From Batkoa obscura (taxonomy: Eukaryota), in NCBI GenBank assembly GCA_030770535.1, contig JASVEC010000001.1, positions 1,426,001 to 1,490,000 of the forward strand: DNA of 64,000 nucleotides, given 5' to 3'. Each line of letters begins with the position of its first letter. The first letter of the stretch is position 1. The notes under the pieces were generated by a model. It had not been told where the DNA came from, searched no databases, and saw only the letters and a list, made by a program, of their open reading frames with translations. Below are positions 26,328 through 38,332 of this stretch, piece after piece. A program made the position numbers and the translations under genes.

Positions 26328-26426
26328 GGGGATGTATTTTTTGGTTTAATAATTTTACTAGTAATCTTTCCACTCAAATAACGCTTAAAAAATGGAAAAA
26401 ATAATGAAACCAAAAAAAGCATCCTC
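26328..26426 (+). mobile_element. ~100 bp MITE family, copy 4
   Basis: TA-TGGGGATGTATTTT...GCATCCTCA-TA. Confidence 0.85.
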
Positions 26427-26929
26427 ATATCTCTTTAAAAAAATATTTTATTTTATGGACTCAAGTTTATTTAATATCTTATTATCCATTCCTTATATCT
26501 GGAAAATATAAACTGTTTCATAGTTATAATAAATTCAATAAAATGATAAGCTTTTTAGATAGAGCTTTTTTTTAATAAATGTCAGTATAAATGTTCTTAA
26601 ATGAATATTTACATAGTTAATCTAATAATCACATTAGTAATTGGGATTCTGATTTTAGTCTGTTATTATAGATCAATGACTATCCTATTTGTAGCACTCA
26701 ATAAAAAGAAATAGGTTTAATTACAAGGACTTATTTATAATATGAAATATTATTTTTAACATTAATTGGGAATATTTTTTTAAAATTTGCTAATATTCGA
26801 AAGTTATTTAATTATGAAAAATTTAAAATAATAGTAAAATCGAGATGTTCCATTTTATATTCCGTCTTATTTATTAGATATTAACTTTAAAAGTATAAAA
26901 GTTGATTTAATAAAAAGGATTAAACTTAT

Positions 26930-27184
26930 CTAAAGTCCAAGTCCAAGTCCAGATAAGAGACCTCCAGCGACTGGTATGCTTTCTAGCATACCACCAGAAC
27001 CCTCACTGCTACCTCCGCCTCCTAATAAACCTCCTAATAAGTCTCCTCCTCCTCCTCCTCCTCCTCCTCCTCCTAACATACCACCTAACAATCCTCCAAG
27101 GAGATCACCTCCACCATCTCTTCTGGTCATAGGCATACTGCTAATTGAACTTGCAGCAAGAAGTAAAATAAAGTTTAATTTCAT
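26930..27184 (-). CDS. Small secreted Gly/Leu-rich protein A1 (signal peptide, RR site)
   Basis: MKLNFILLLAASSISSMPMTRR-DGGGDLLGGLLGG..IPVAGGLLSGLGLGL; TATATAAA ~80 bp upstream; close paralog at 37245. Confidence 0.88.
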   Translation of the reverse strand: MKLNFILLLAASSISSMPMTRRDGGGDLLGGLLGGMLGGGGGGGGGGDLLGGLLGGGGSSEGSGGMLESIPVAGGLLSGLGLGL

Positions 27185-27571
27185 TGTTATTATTAAGAGT
27201 AATGGTAGTAGTAAATTAGGTTATTTGTATGTTTTTAAGTTTTAATCCCGATAAATAATTATTTATATACTACTTTTTTTCTTTTCTTTTTATTTAATAA
27301 ATTACAACAAGCATATTTTTTTACTCCTCTTTCCCTCTATTTTCCTAATTATCTATCAAATACACTGACATTTCGTATTTTTTTACCTCTTTTGTTAATT
27401 AGGCTAATTAAGCTAAAACTTAATTAACTCACATTAAGTATTATTTGGCTTAATTTAATTAAAATATTATTGGATTAATTAATTTTAGATGGGCTGAATA
27501 TTATCTATTATTAATATACTGCTTGTAGTCAAAAAACTAATGAGGTTAATTATAGTAAATAATAATATATA

Positions 27572-27759
27572 AGTTTTAATACAGCTACTGCAGATCTATT
27601 TCTACTTAATTAGTGGTAATTTTTAGAAGCATTTACTTGTTTAGTTTGTTTCTTTAAGCCTAATCTTCAAGATTCGCCAAAATTTTTAGCAAATTTATAT
27701 CCTTAAATAAACAGTTAATCAGGATGCAATAGAGTTGCAGTAGCTGTATTTAAATAACT
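27572..27759. repeat. ~190 bp element with terminal inverted repeats (MITE-like) in the A1/B1 divergent intergenic region
   Basis: AATACAGCTACTGCA (27578-27592) vs TGCAGTAGCTGTATT (27736-27750), extendable to ~28 bp with mismatches. Confidence 0.55.
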
Positions 27760-28192
27760 AGGAAGTGTTTGACACCAAAAATATTTGATAGTATAAATCA
27801 ATGGCATGGTATACTATAGCTAAATCAAAATAACATTTAAACATTTACAGTTATATTAAGAAATTTTCCAAATTAAAAGACGTTTTACAACATTCCTTTT
27901 TATAAACCAACAACCACTCTAAAACTAAAAGTGATATGGTTATATGGATTTGGAGGAGTAAACTAAAGGTCACTGTTCCTAAAACCATCTATATAGAAAG
28001 TAGTAGCTGAGATACCCACTAAATTCAAATGTTGTGGTATGAAAGGTATCAGAGAGAAATTAAAAAACAATAAATAATGGCTTTAAAACTTAAAACTAGA
28101 ACTTAAATATTTAAATAATAAAAACTATATAAGCAAAAGAGAATATGAACAATAGAAATTTCATTTAGCCATATTAACAAATATTAATTTAA

Positions 28193-28516
28193 ATGAAAGT
28201 TATAACTTTAATAGCAGTCATATTTCTTAGTGGGATAACGCCTGGTGCGATCCAACTAGAACGTCGTAAATCTTTTATCCAAACCCATCAAGAACATGGG
28301 CATTTACCTGGAGGAAAAAACAATCCCGGGTTTGGCATATCCTTAATTCCTCAAGTTCTATCTATTTTAAAAGGTCAAAGCTTCTTATCTACTTTAGACG
28401 GATATAATAAAGAGGCTAATACAAAGGAGGGTAAACAATATACAGAAAAAGGCGCATTTAATGGTGGTTTATCGTCCGGATTAGGCCTATCTAGTCTTTT
28501 GAGTGGTATTATTTAA
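28193..28516 (+). CDS. Small secreted protein B1 (signal peptide, RRK site)
   Basis: IQLERRKSFIQTHQEHGHLPGGKNNPGFGISLIPQVLSIL..GGLSSGLGL; paralog at 35385-35702. Confidence 0.85.
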   Translation: MKVITLIAVIFLSGITPGAIQLERRKSFIQTHQEHGHLPGGKNNPGFGISLIPQVLSILKGQSFLSTLDGYNKEANTKEGKQYTEKGAFNGGLSSGLGLSSLLSGII

Positions 28517-28818
28517 GCATAACTCGATATATAATTTATTGATTACTGAAAATTTCTTGTCAATAAATGCAGATTTTAACAAAGAGGGAGTTTTTTTGCT
28601 TTAGAATCATTTAAACATATATAAATATCAACAGTTGTAGTATCAAGTAAAAAGGGCTATTTCAATTGATCTTCATTAAAAATATATAAGGTGTTTTTTA
28701 TTTAATTAATACAATTTAAACTATACTTCAATATTAGTAAAGCCTTGGACTCTTTCGTCTTTAGTAAGTTAGTGTGGTATCAATAGCTAATGCAAGTTAT
28801 ATTACTAAACACCAAATA

Positions 28819-28888
28819 GGGATGTATTTTTGTGTTTAAGTTTTACTAACAATTTTTCCGCTCAAATAACTAAAAGATAGAAAAAGTA
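28819..28888 (+). mobile_element. ~100 bp MITE family, copy 5 (3'-truncated)
   Basis: GGGATGTATTTTTGTGTTTAAG..CCGCTCAAATA..GAAAAAGT. Confidence 0.7.
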
Positions 28889-29075
28889 TCACTTAAAAAT
28901 GTAAAACAACAAATGAGTCTCTTAAATTGGTACATTAAATTGGTACATTAAATTGTAGTTTGTTTCAACTTTCCTTATTCTAAACTGTATTTTACTATTA
29001 CCTTGATTACATGCTTCAATTGATTTAGTTATCATTTGTTTATTTTATATAAGCTTTTGCTTTACATTGACATAT

Positions 29076-29172
29076 GGTGATATTTTTTTTGGTTTCATCA
29101 CTTTTTCTATTTTTAGGTGCTATTTGAGCGGAAAAATTGTTAGTAAAATTCTTAAACAAAAAATACATCTTC
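29076..29172 (-). mobile_element. ~100 bp MITE family, copy 6
   Basis: Reverse-complement match, TA flanks. Confidence 0.82.
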
Positions 29173-30608
29173 ATATATTTAAAGTAAAGACATGCCAATC
29201 AAATTAATAACCAACCTTTATAAATAAAATGATGTATTTTACAAATTATTTATTGTTTGATATTTATAAACTGACTAATGGTTTTAACACCTTATTTAAA
29301 AAATAAAAGTTATAAACTAGAATAAACAGATTGTAAAGTTAAACTAAATGAAAAATGGTTGGATATCGCATTAGGCGTATTTGAAGAATTAACATAAAGC
29401 ACCAATTAACATATTTTACTTTAATTTTTTTATATTTAAATATTAAATAATATTAACAAGCTAAAAAAATGAGGTATTGGTTAGCTTTTTATTCAGTCAT
29501 TGTCTTTGAATACAGTAGTTGGTAGGAGAGTGGTCTACTCTATTGAAGTAAGCGGACTTTTAATCATTGAATTCAAGAATACATAAAATTAGAATCCTCT
29601 CATAGCATAGCATTTCATATAGGATTAAGATATTTAAAATATTATATAGTACAGATATATTTTATGGATAATAAACCCTCTTATTACAAAATTTTTATGT
29701 AAATATACTAAAACTGGGATTTAGTTTTAAAACGATTAGGAGTTTAAAGACGAATTTAAGCTATTTTTACTATAGAATAGTTTTGGGTTTTATTAAAACT
29801 ATGTTAAAAAATAAAGATTACTTTATTTAAAGTACTAGAGTTTTGACACAAATATTCAACTTAAGAGCCATGCTTTTAAAGCCATGATATATTTCATTTA
29901 ACTGTATTATTAATCTTCATTATAACAAAGCATATAAAGATATCTTATTTAGTCTATAAACCCAATTGCATGATTGAGTAAGGAAAATGAGAGCCTGTAG
30001 TCATATCATCTTCAACAGTAAATATAAATTAGGTTTGGTTTCTAATAGTTTATTGAACAGCCTTAATAAAATAACACCTTTCGAAATGTATTTATTTAAT
30101 ATTATAGAATAAATAATGTAGTATAAAGGTTAAGTTAATTAAATTAGAGTATATAATCTTCATTTAAAAATTTAATAAACTTTTGATTTTTAATTATGAG
30201 TTCATGATTTCCAAAAATAGTAAATTAGAAATAGAGATATTTGTTTATGAAATTTAGAATTATAAAATAATAAATATATTGGTATTAATTTAGTATTACT
30301 ACCGGGTACGAATATCTTGAAACACAATATACAAATATTAGCTAGAATATATAATATTATGGTTAGGGTGCCCATGAAAAAAATAATATGAATCAGCTAG
30401 GCTTAAAAATAAAATGAGAGGTTCAAAGCCTAGGAAGCAAGAATAAATTTTAGAGTTGCTAAAGTAAGAGGTAAAGTGGAGGGTTAATAAGATGGTTGCA
30501 AAAATAATATAAATAGTTAGGTTAAAATAATCATTCAAAAACATTTTTATTTATTTCAATTAAAGCGCTTATAAGTTAATATCAAGTTTACAACAAAAAA
30601 TAAATAAA

Positions 30609-31604
30609 ATGGCTACTAGTTCATTTTTGTATCCAAGTCAAATAAATTTAGAGACATTTCCTTTCAGTAAATTTAATAGTTGGCAGGCTCAAGGAGTAAG
30701 CTATGTATTCATAGTAACCAACGTATTATCATTAATACCAAGTTTATTAATATTGATTTCTGTACTAGTTTATAAAAGAATGCAAACCACTGATAATATG
30801 ATAGTGATGCAAATAGCTATCATTGATGTTATTTATGCAACATGGACAATCATATGGGTATCCGTCAAGCTATCAACTAATTATATGGTGCTAAATATGA
30901 CCACATGCAAAGTTGAAGCAGCAATTTCAGCAATTTGTAAAATAACCTGGTTATACTCAGCTTTGGTATGTGCATTTTGGAGATATTATACAATCGTAAA
31001 AGGAGAGAATATTTCCAAAAGAGGCGTGCTTTTATTACAATTAACCCAATGGATTTTGCCACTGTTTGCAGGAATTTTGATCGCAGCAACTAATAGATTT
31101 GACTTAATGCCATCTGCAGGATATTGTTACTTAGCTTACAAACCGGATGACCCCTTACTAAAAGGATATTATTTTATTACAATCGCAGTTATATTAATAC
31201 CAACTGTGCTGGCTGTTTACTTTTATTACTCTATCTCCAGGCAATTTTACAATATTATGAGACGAGTAAACGAATCTTCGCAAAGTTATTTAGTTGATAT
31301 GAGTGATGAAAAATCTAGCTATCAGGCAATTAGTGAAAAGGAAAATTTAGCGGTTAACCCAAGTTTAGAAAAATATAGGGCAGTAGCATTTCGCTCAATC
31401 ATGTACTGCTTAATCTTTATTCTATCCTTCTTACCCTATGGAGTTACAATGATTTACGAATTAATTACTGATACTCCACGTAGCGACACTGTTGACTTTT
31501 GGGTAGTTTCTGCTATCATGATCCATAAAGTATTATCTCCTGTGGTTACTCTATTCATTAATGCATCTATTTTAGCTCAGGTTAAAAAGATATTATCACT
31601 TTAA
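30609..31604 (+). CDS. Class A-like 7TM GPCR, paralog of 12881-13897
   Basis: Shared SWQA/TWQA, LIPSLLIL, QTTDN, MPSAGYCY, VAFRSIMY, MIHKVLSPVVTLFIN. Confidence 0.82.
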   Translation: MATSSFLYPSQINLETFPFSKFNSWQAQGVSYVFIVTNVLSLIPSLLILISVLVYKRMQTTDNMIVMQIAIIDVIYATWTIIWVSVKLSTNYMVLNMTTCKVEAAISAICKITWLYSALVCAFWRYYTIVKGENISKRGVLLLQLTQWILPLFAGILIAATNRFDLMPSAGYCYLAYKPDDPLLKGYYFITIAVILIPTVLAVYFYYSISRQFYNIMRRVNESSQSYLVDMSDEKSSYQAISEKENLAVNPSLEKYRAVAFRSIMYCLIFILSFLPYGVTMIYELITDTPRSDTVDFWVVSAIMIHKVLSPVVTLFINASILAQVKKILSL

Positions 31605-32120
31605 ATTATTAAATAAAAATAATGTTAATTAATATTTATAATGCTAATTTATTAAGCTCAGTGGTTATGATCTATTGTAGCTGTAGTTATCGTAGCAATT
31701 TATAATTTTTTATACTTTTGGCAATAGTTTTTTTAATGAATATGAAAAAAGATTACATTAAAAATAATTCAGTACTTAAATTAATAAAAAATAATAACTA
31801 AGTGTATAAAATTTATAAATTGTTTTGCAATTTTTACAAATAGTGTAAATACAAAGTCAAAAAAACTTATTTATAACTAAAATAATAGTTTCCTTAAGGT
31901 AATGAAATAAGGATTAATATTTTGAATAATAGTTCTTCCTTTTGAAAAACATGCTTTAACAAGACAATTTAATTTATTAACTAAATATTTATTGGTAATA
32001 AATAGGACCTTAATTGGACTGCATAAAAGCTCCATCTTTAATTTTAGATTAATTTTGGACCTTTAGCCATTTGAGTGAATAATGAATACTATCACTAATA
32101 ACTTCAGCATATTAATTAGT

Positions 32121-33257
32121 TTATTTACATCCCCCAGTGCTACGAACATTTTGTAAAGCAGTAAGTAATTGATTTTGATAATCGTTATCCATAGCCCATA
32201 ACATAGCTCCTCTTAAACCGTTGCATCTTACATAGTTAGTTTTTGCTTTTAATGATTGTGTATCATCATAAGCAATGAATGTCTTGGTATTCTTATTAAA
32301 CAACCATGGGGTTTGGGTTGTAGTGTCAAATTTTCTAATCCAACCAGCGGTATTGTTAGCTTCTAATGGTGACTTTAATATCTTTTTAGTAATTAAGTCT
32401 TTATAAGAATAGCCAGACAAATTACTGTTGGTAATTTTTTGATATTGATCAGTATTGGTCATATCAACTCCAACACCTGCAGAAAAGCCATAGAAAGGCA
32501 CACCGACGACCAATTTATCATAAGTAAATCCTGCTTTGCTCCAATCTTTTACAGCCTGTTTAACAGAAAATGGTGCACCTTTACCTGGTTGATAGTCCAA
32601 TCCTCCTAATGGCCCGGTAGTAGCTCCCCAAGGGCCATTTAAGTCATAGCACATCAAATTGAGCCAGTCGAACAAGGGTACAAAAGCTTTGACATCGTTT
32701 AATGGACCACTTGGACCATCAAATGGTTGTACTCTTACAGCAGCAGTAATTAATTTTTTACCTAAAGCAGTACGTAAATCTTTTAATAATAATAGGTAGT
32801 TTGCAGTATCTTTTGGAGATATAATATTTCCTTCAGCACCGTTTCTTCCAGGATATTCCCAATCTAAATCAACACCATCTAGATTGAATTTGTTTACAAA
32901 AGCAACAGTGTTTGATATAAATTGCTTCCTTTTGTTAGCATCCGCAGCCATTGGAGAGAAATATTTTGATCCGGTCCAACCACCAATAGAGATAGATACC
33001 TTAGTGCTAGTCTTATGTGCTTTAGCAACCAAATCTTTTAAAGTACCTTCAGTTCCAATTTTAGGATTAAAGCCTTTATCATCAAACAAAGCAAAAGAAT
33101 AATTGATGTGAGTTACTTTACTGAAATCGATTGCGCTGACTGGGTATTGGCTTAATGTCCAGTCTGAAAAGTAACCTACTACCACCTTACTGGGAGCTTG
33201 ACTAGTAACACTGGTGGCGGCTAAGCTGACTACTAAAAAGAAGGAAGCGAATTTCAT
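32121..33257 (-). CDS. Secreted GH18 chitinase
   Basis: SIGGW, DGVDLDWEYP (DxxDxDxE), MCYD, YDD, GAMLW; signal peptide from MKFASFF at 33257 (ORF also has an upstream ATG at 33314). Confidence 0.95.
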   Translation of the reverse strand: MKFASFFLVVSLAATSVTSQAPSKVVVGYFSDWTLSQYPVSAIDFSKVTHINYSFALFDDKGFNPKIGTEGTLKDLVAKAHKTSTKVSISIGGWTGSKYFSPMAADANKRKQFISNTVAFVNKFNLDGVDLDWEYPGRNGAEGNIISPKDTANYLLLLKDLRTALGKKLITAAVRVQPFDGPSGPLNDVKAFVPLFDWLNLMCYDLNGPWGATTGPLGGLDYQPGKGAPFSVKQAVKDWSKAGFTYDKLVVGVPFYGFSAGVGVDMTNTDQYQKITNSNLSGYSYKDLITKKILKSPLEANNTAGWIRKFDTTTQTPWLFNKNTKTFIAYDDTQSLKAKTNYVRCNGLRGAMLWAMDNDYQNQLLTALQNVRSTGGCK

Positions 33258-35384
33258 ATTAAATATTAAGGATATAAAAATAATAATTTTTACAACTTTA
33301 TTTAGATTGCTCATTCTTTTGCTTATATACTTTGAGCTTCCTACTCTTAAGGCAAATGCCCAATTTAAGGCAATTCCTCATAATTTGCTATTGAGTTCGA
33401 ATTTTAAATTATATACCCATGTGACCAGAACCATAATAAGATTTAATAGTTAATAGACTCGTAAGGTAAGACTTTCTTCGCCACAACGCTAAAAATAGTG
33501 CAGTTACAATTCCAAAAACATTATGAAATTCGATTAGTATCAGTAGTTTGACATCTTATATTATGCTTTACCACATTTAATAAGACATATATACCATAAA
33601 GTAATTATAAAATTAGAACTACTTTAAATGACTTTTGAGGTAAATCAAATGCTAAATCACGTTTATTTTTAAAATCGCTATCTATTAAAGATCAAATAAT
33701 AACTTATATAATAAAATTGGTGGTTTAAGTAATATTTGAATATCTCTGTTTCCACCTTTTATTTAAATTGGTATTTTTCTTCTATCTTTTTGCTTACGAA
33801 CTTAATGTATGAATAGCGATAAAATATAGTACCTTATTTCATCCTCTGATTGTGGAACGTAATTATTTTAGAGAGAATGAGGCAAAAAAGTTACTAACTC
33901 TTTTCGTAGCAAAATACTTATTTGGAAACTTATTTTCTTTTTTTAACCAGTTCAAAATTTTTAGTTACACAGATTTGTATTATAAAAGTCAAAATTTTTT
34001 CTATCACTCCCACTTCCCCAGCAATTAATATTTAATCCTGCTCCTTTTTTTGTCCTCAGTAAACAAATACTTGGGAGCTTACGCTTTTACAATATTTGAA
34101 AAAAAACTTCATTATTTATATATACATTGTTTTTATAATTTTACATTTGATATCCTATTATATAACATTTTCAGCTTATTTATTTTTCAAGAAAAAAATT
34201 GAGCAAACTGCATTTGAGTTTTTCGATAATAGTTCAAAATAAAGCTAAACAAAGTTTGGAGCTTTATATTAAAAATTATTATGGTTTTGGCTATAATTTT
34301 CTAATTTGTGTTATAATATTTCATACTTTGTTGCTTTTGGTTCAAATTACTATTCAAAAAATTTATTGGAGTTTGTTCAATTTTTTTGAAGTAAATATAA
34401 TAAATTGAACAAACTATGATATTGGGCAAATATTTACAAAATAAAGTAAAGCTCAATAAGAGTATATTTGTGAGATATAGAACTTTATTTTAAAATAATT
34501 TAGTATCTCAGTAGCTTGATTATTAGGCTCGGTAAAATGTAAAAAGTCTTTACGGTTACTGTTTATACTTTGCGAATTACATTAAGAGTACCTTTGATTT
34601 GCGATTTTTTTGTTTGATAAACCCCAGTACCTTAGGTTTGAGAAGTATACTTAAGCTATTATAAATTCAAGTTAAAATTTTTTATCCAAAAAAGTAATAT
34701 TACACTCTCCACCGCTCATTATTCCTACTGGTCTTTAAGCTATTGACTCCTACTACGCTAAGTCAACTGATGATAAAATGTCTATCACTTCTATCACCAG
34801 TATTTTCTTGTTTTTTATCTGGGCTAATTTATACAATCAACTACAAAGCAACTTTGTAAAATCTATCATAGTCGTGAGTAGAACCTCTTGAAGCAAAGTC
34901 GGTTCTTTTAGTTTAATATATGTTCGTACTCTCGTAACCTTTTCGCTCCCATCTATAATTTTAATTTCATTTATACGAAAAATATTAGGAAGCTTTTAAC
35001 TCCTTTAATATTAAAAAAAAACTATATCGTTAACTTTGCAATGTGTACAAATGGAAAGAGAGTTACAAAGTAAATCTACTATACGGCTTCAAGGTTGCCT
35101 GTTTACTTGTTAAGGACATTGAATAATTCCAACAATTATGGATGATCGAGTATAGTATAAATTATATTAAGAAAATCATCAATCATTTTGATTGTTTACC
35201 AACAAATGGAACAATATAAAGACCGTTTATATTTGACACAGTATTATTGCTACAAAAAATAAACAAGTATCAAATTACTATTTTATAAAACAACAAGTTC
35301 TTTTTTTGTAAAGGAAATGTCGGTATAAAATATGTTTATAAACTAAATATCAATATGTTGAATATTAATTAAATTTATTAAAGG

Positions 35385-35702
35385 TCAGCCTCCTAAAATA
35401 CCAGATAAACCTAATCCAGATAATAGACCACCTTCGGACGCACCTTCAGCTGGTGATTCTTTACCTTCACTTTCATCAGCCTTTTTATTATACCCATTTA
35501 AGATTGATAAGGGATTTTGACCTCCTAAAATAGATAGAACTTGAGGGATTAAAGACACACCGAACCCAGGATTATTATTTCCTCCAGGTAAATGGCCATG
35601 CTCTTGATGGGTTTCAACAAAAGATTTACGACGCTCTAATTGTATGGTGCCAGCCATTATTCCACTAAATAACATACTCACTATCAAAGTTGCTGATTTC
35701 AT
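35385..35702 (-). CDS. Small secreted protein B2 (paralog of B1)
   Basis: IQLERRKSFVETHQEHGHLPGGNNNPGFGVSLIPQVLSIL..GGLLSGLGLSGILGG. Confidence 0.87.
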   Translation of the reverse strand: MKSATLIVSMLFSGIMAGTIQLERRKSFVETHQEHGHLPGGNNNPGFGVSLIPQVLSILGGQNPLSILNGYNKKADESEGKESPAEGASEGGLLSGLGLSGILGG

Positions 35703-37244
35703 ATTTAGGTTATTATTATTAATAAATTAAAAATATTTTTATTTTACTCATTAAACCTTTCTTTTTTTTATATATGTTTGCTTCACTAATTTCTTTTTCT
35801 TTATTTTTATTTTTTGGTATTTGGTAACAGTAACACTACTAGACCTTTTAGTTTATTCTTATTAGTTATATTAATTTTAGCCACTGTTTTTAATTTATTC
35901 CGCTATTTTTTAATAGTATTGTGTATTTTAATTTTCTGGGCAATTTGATTCACTATTTTCATGAACATCATTTTAGATTGAAATTTTAATTTAAGGATAT
36001 TTATTCACTACTTTGTAATTTTGAATAAAATTTGAATTCATTAAGTTTTCTAAACTCATTCTCCTTACTATGAGGTCAATTTCATATAACACTTGTAAAT
36101 ATTTACTACTTTACCTTATAATAAAAGAGAAATATGACCCTGAAATATCTTATTATTCTATCTGAAAAAATACTGCGCGACATATAGTCTTAAAAGGGCT
36201 CAATAAAGTATTTAGCTTGAAGTTTATCTAAATGGCCCCCTCGACCCATGTAGTAGCTTTCTAGTTTATTTTCGAAAGACATACCCAGTCATCCCTAAAC
36301 TACATTTATCTTAAATTTTCCTTGAACCGCTACCTCTTATTAAAAGATATCATTACTCTCTATTTAATTAATAAAGTTTATTACAAAGTACAATTTACAT
36401 TTAAACATCATGGCTAATTTTATTAACCCGCTAAAGAGCTTTGCACTCACAAGAGTATGATAAAATAACTTGGTATTTTTTATATTAATCTAAAAACACT
36501 TTAAAAGAATTTACAATGATAATTTAATTTGACATAGTATGCCCTTGAATTAATCAATTGACGATTCTAATAGCCTAGAAGGGCTATAGACAAATGGGTC
36601 TACTTATTTCAAACCTTTTAACCTTGAAGTCTATTGATTTTTTATTTAGCAATTAAAACTATCTATTTACTCATATAATTGACAAAATGCTTGAGAATCT
36701 ACAAATTTTAGGGCATTTAAAAAATTAATTAACGTTTCTTACTCTAATTAAGCATTTGGGGGGGGGGCTTATACCTTTTGAGGTTTTAAAAAAATCAATT
36801 ATTTTTTTATTTAATACAATGAACTTCAATGAAAATATGTTATAAACAAAGTCATCTTTATTTACAAATTAGTAAACCTAAAGTTGAGTAATTTATGCAA
36901 TAAAAATAGTTTAAGTTTAACAAACTTTTAGTCACAAATTGAATTCTTAATTAAATTACTTAATAGCAAAAAAGCGGCACAAAAGTATTGGAGTGCTAGC
37001 ATCGTTAGTATGTAATTAGAAAAAAGAGGAAAAAGGAATTAAGAGTACAAGTATTGTTCTAAATAATTAGAAAAAAAGAGGAAAAGAGGAGTTGAAACTG
37101 ATTAAATTTTACAATAAAGTTACAATAAAATGTTAAGAAAAACTAGTATATAAACCCCTCCTTATCCTACCTAAAATCTAAAAACATCCAAATCAATAAT
37201 CTATTTAAAAACTAATCAACTAATTAACTAATTAACTAATAATA

Positions 37245-37604
37245 ATGAAGTTGAGCTTTATCTTATTCCTTGCTTTAAATTCTCTTAATGCTATGTCTAT
37301 AAACAGAAGAGATTCTGGACACGGTGATCATGATGCAGCTAAAGAAGCACCCTCCGCTGGTGGAGGTGATCTCCTTGGTGGGTTATTAGGCGGTGTTTTA
37401 GGAGGAGGTGGGGGCGGCGGTGGTGACTTGTTAGGTGGAATATTAGGCGGTGGAGGTGGAGATAGCAGTGGCGGTATGCTTTCCGGCATTCCAGTCGTTG
37501 GTGGCTTATTAGGAGGAGGTGATAGCAGTGAGGGATCCGGTGGTATGCTTTCCAGTATACCGGTAGCTGGAGGACTTTTATCTGGGCTTGGACTCGGACT
37601 TTGA
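37245..37604 (+). CDS. Small secreted Gly/Leu-rich protein A2 (paralog of A1, one extra repeat module)
   Basis: Signal peptide, INRR, DLLGGLLGG repeats, two GGMLSxIPVxGGLL modules; TATATAAA at ~37148. Confidence 0.88.
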   Translation: MKLSFILFLALNSLNAMSINRRDSGHGDHDAAKEAPSAGGGDLLGGLLGGVLGGGGGGGGDLLGGILGGGGGDSSGGMLSGIPVVGGLLGGGDSSEGSGGMLSSIPVAGGLLSGLGLGL

Positions 37605-38332
37605 ATAGCTCCACGCCTTTTATCTATATGACTTTTTTTACTTTTAAAGTTTATATTTATAAATAAAATGTAATATTTAATTGAACAACTTAGTTCAAAA
37701 TACAATTTTAGTTTTTTATCATTAATATACACTTATATAGACATCAAATTATTTCTCGAAATATTAACTAATAATTAGTTGAAAAGTTAAAAATATCATG
37801 TCACGTTTAAATGTTTAATTAAATCTATACAATTTTGAATTGTAAATATTAAATAATGTGGTCTTATGATATGGATATTAAGTCAAAGTATAAAAGATGT
37901 GACTAATATGGGCCCAGGGGCCATTTCTGTAAGTGTTTGTTTAAAACATTGTTAACGTTGTTATTCTATTTAAAAAGGTTAAAGATCAAATGGTTTTGTG
38001 TTTATTGAATTAGAATGTGTTATAAAAAAATGATATAAGGAGAAAAGCATTTATGTGCCTTGTCTTATAAAATGAAATATGTGAAAAAATAACCTGAACC
38101 ATAGCTTAATTAATAACAAATAAAAAAAGTGGAAAACATCACCTTACAGGGCTATCTACTTTTTGCCAACTATTTCTCTTTATGTATTTTATCAATAAAT
38201 CATTCAGGAGGTTATTACTCTTTCGAGAATACAAAAATAGCTAAATAAATTAAAATCTAATATTGTTATTTATTACTAGTCTAATTTTTATACAGGAAAA
38301 ATACTGCACCAGGCAGACATTCAAAGATATAG

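Noticed and set aside
26976..37732. Proline-rich ORFs (26976-27245, 37328-37732; similarly 48441, 54119, 55401, 59347, 61303)
   Set aside because: Antisense shadows of the Gly-rich genes (GGN codons read as Pro on the other strand)
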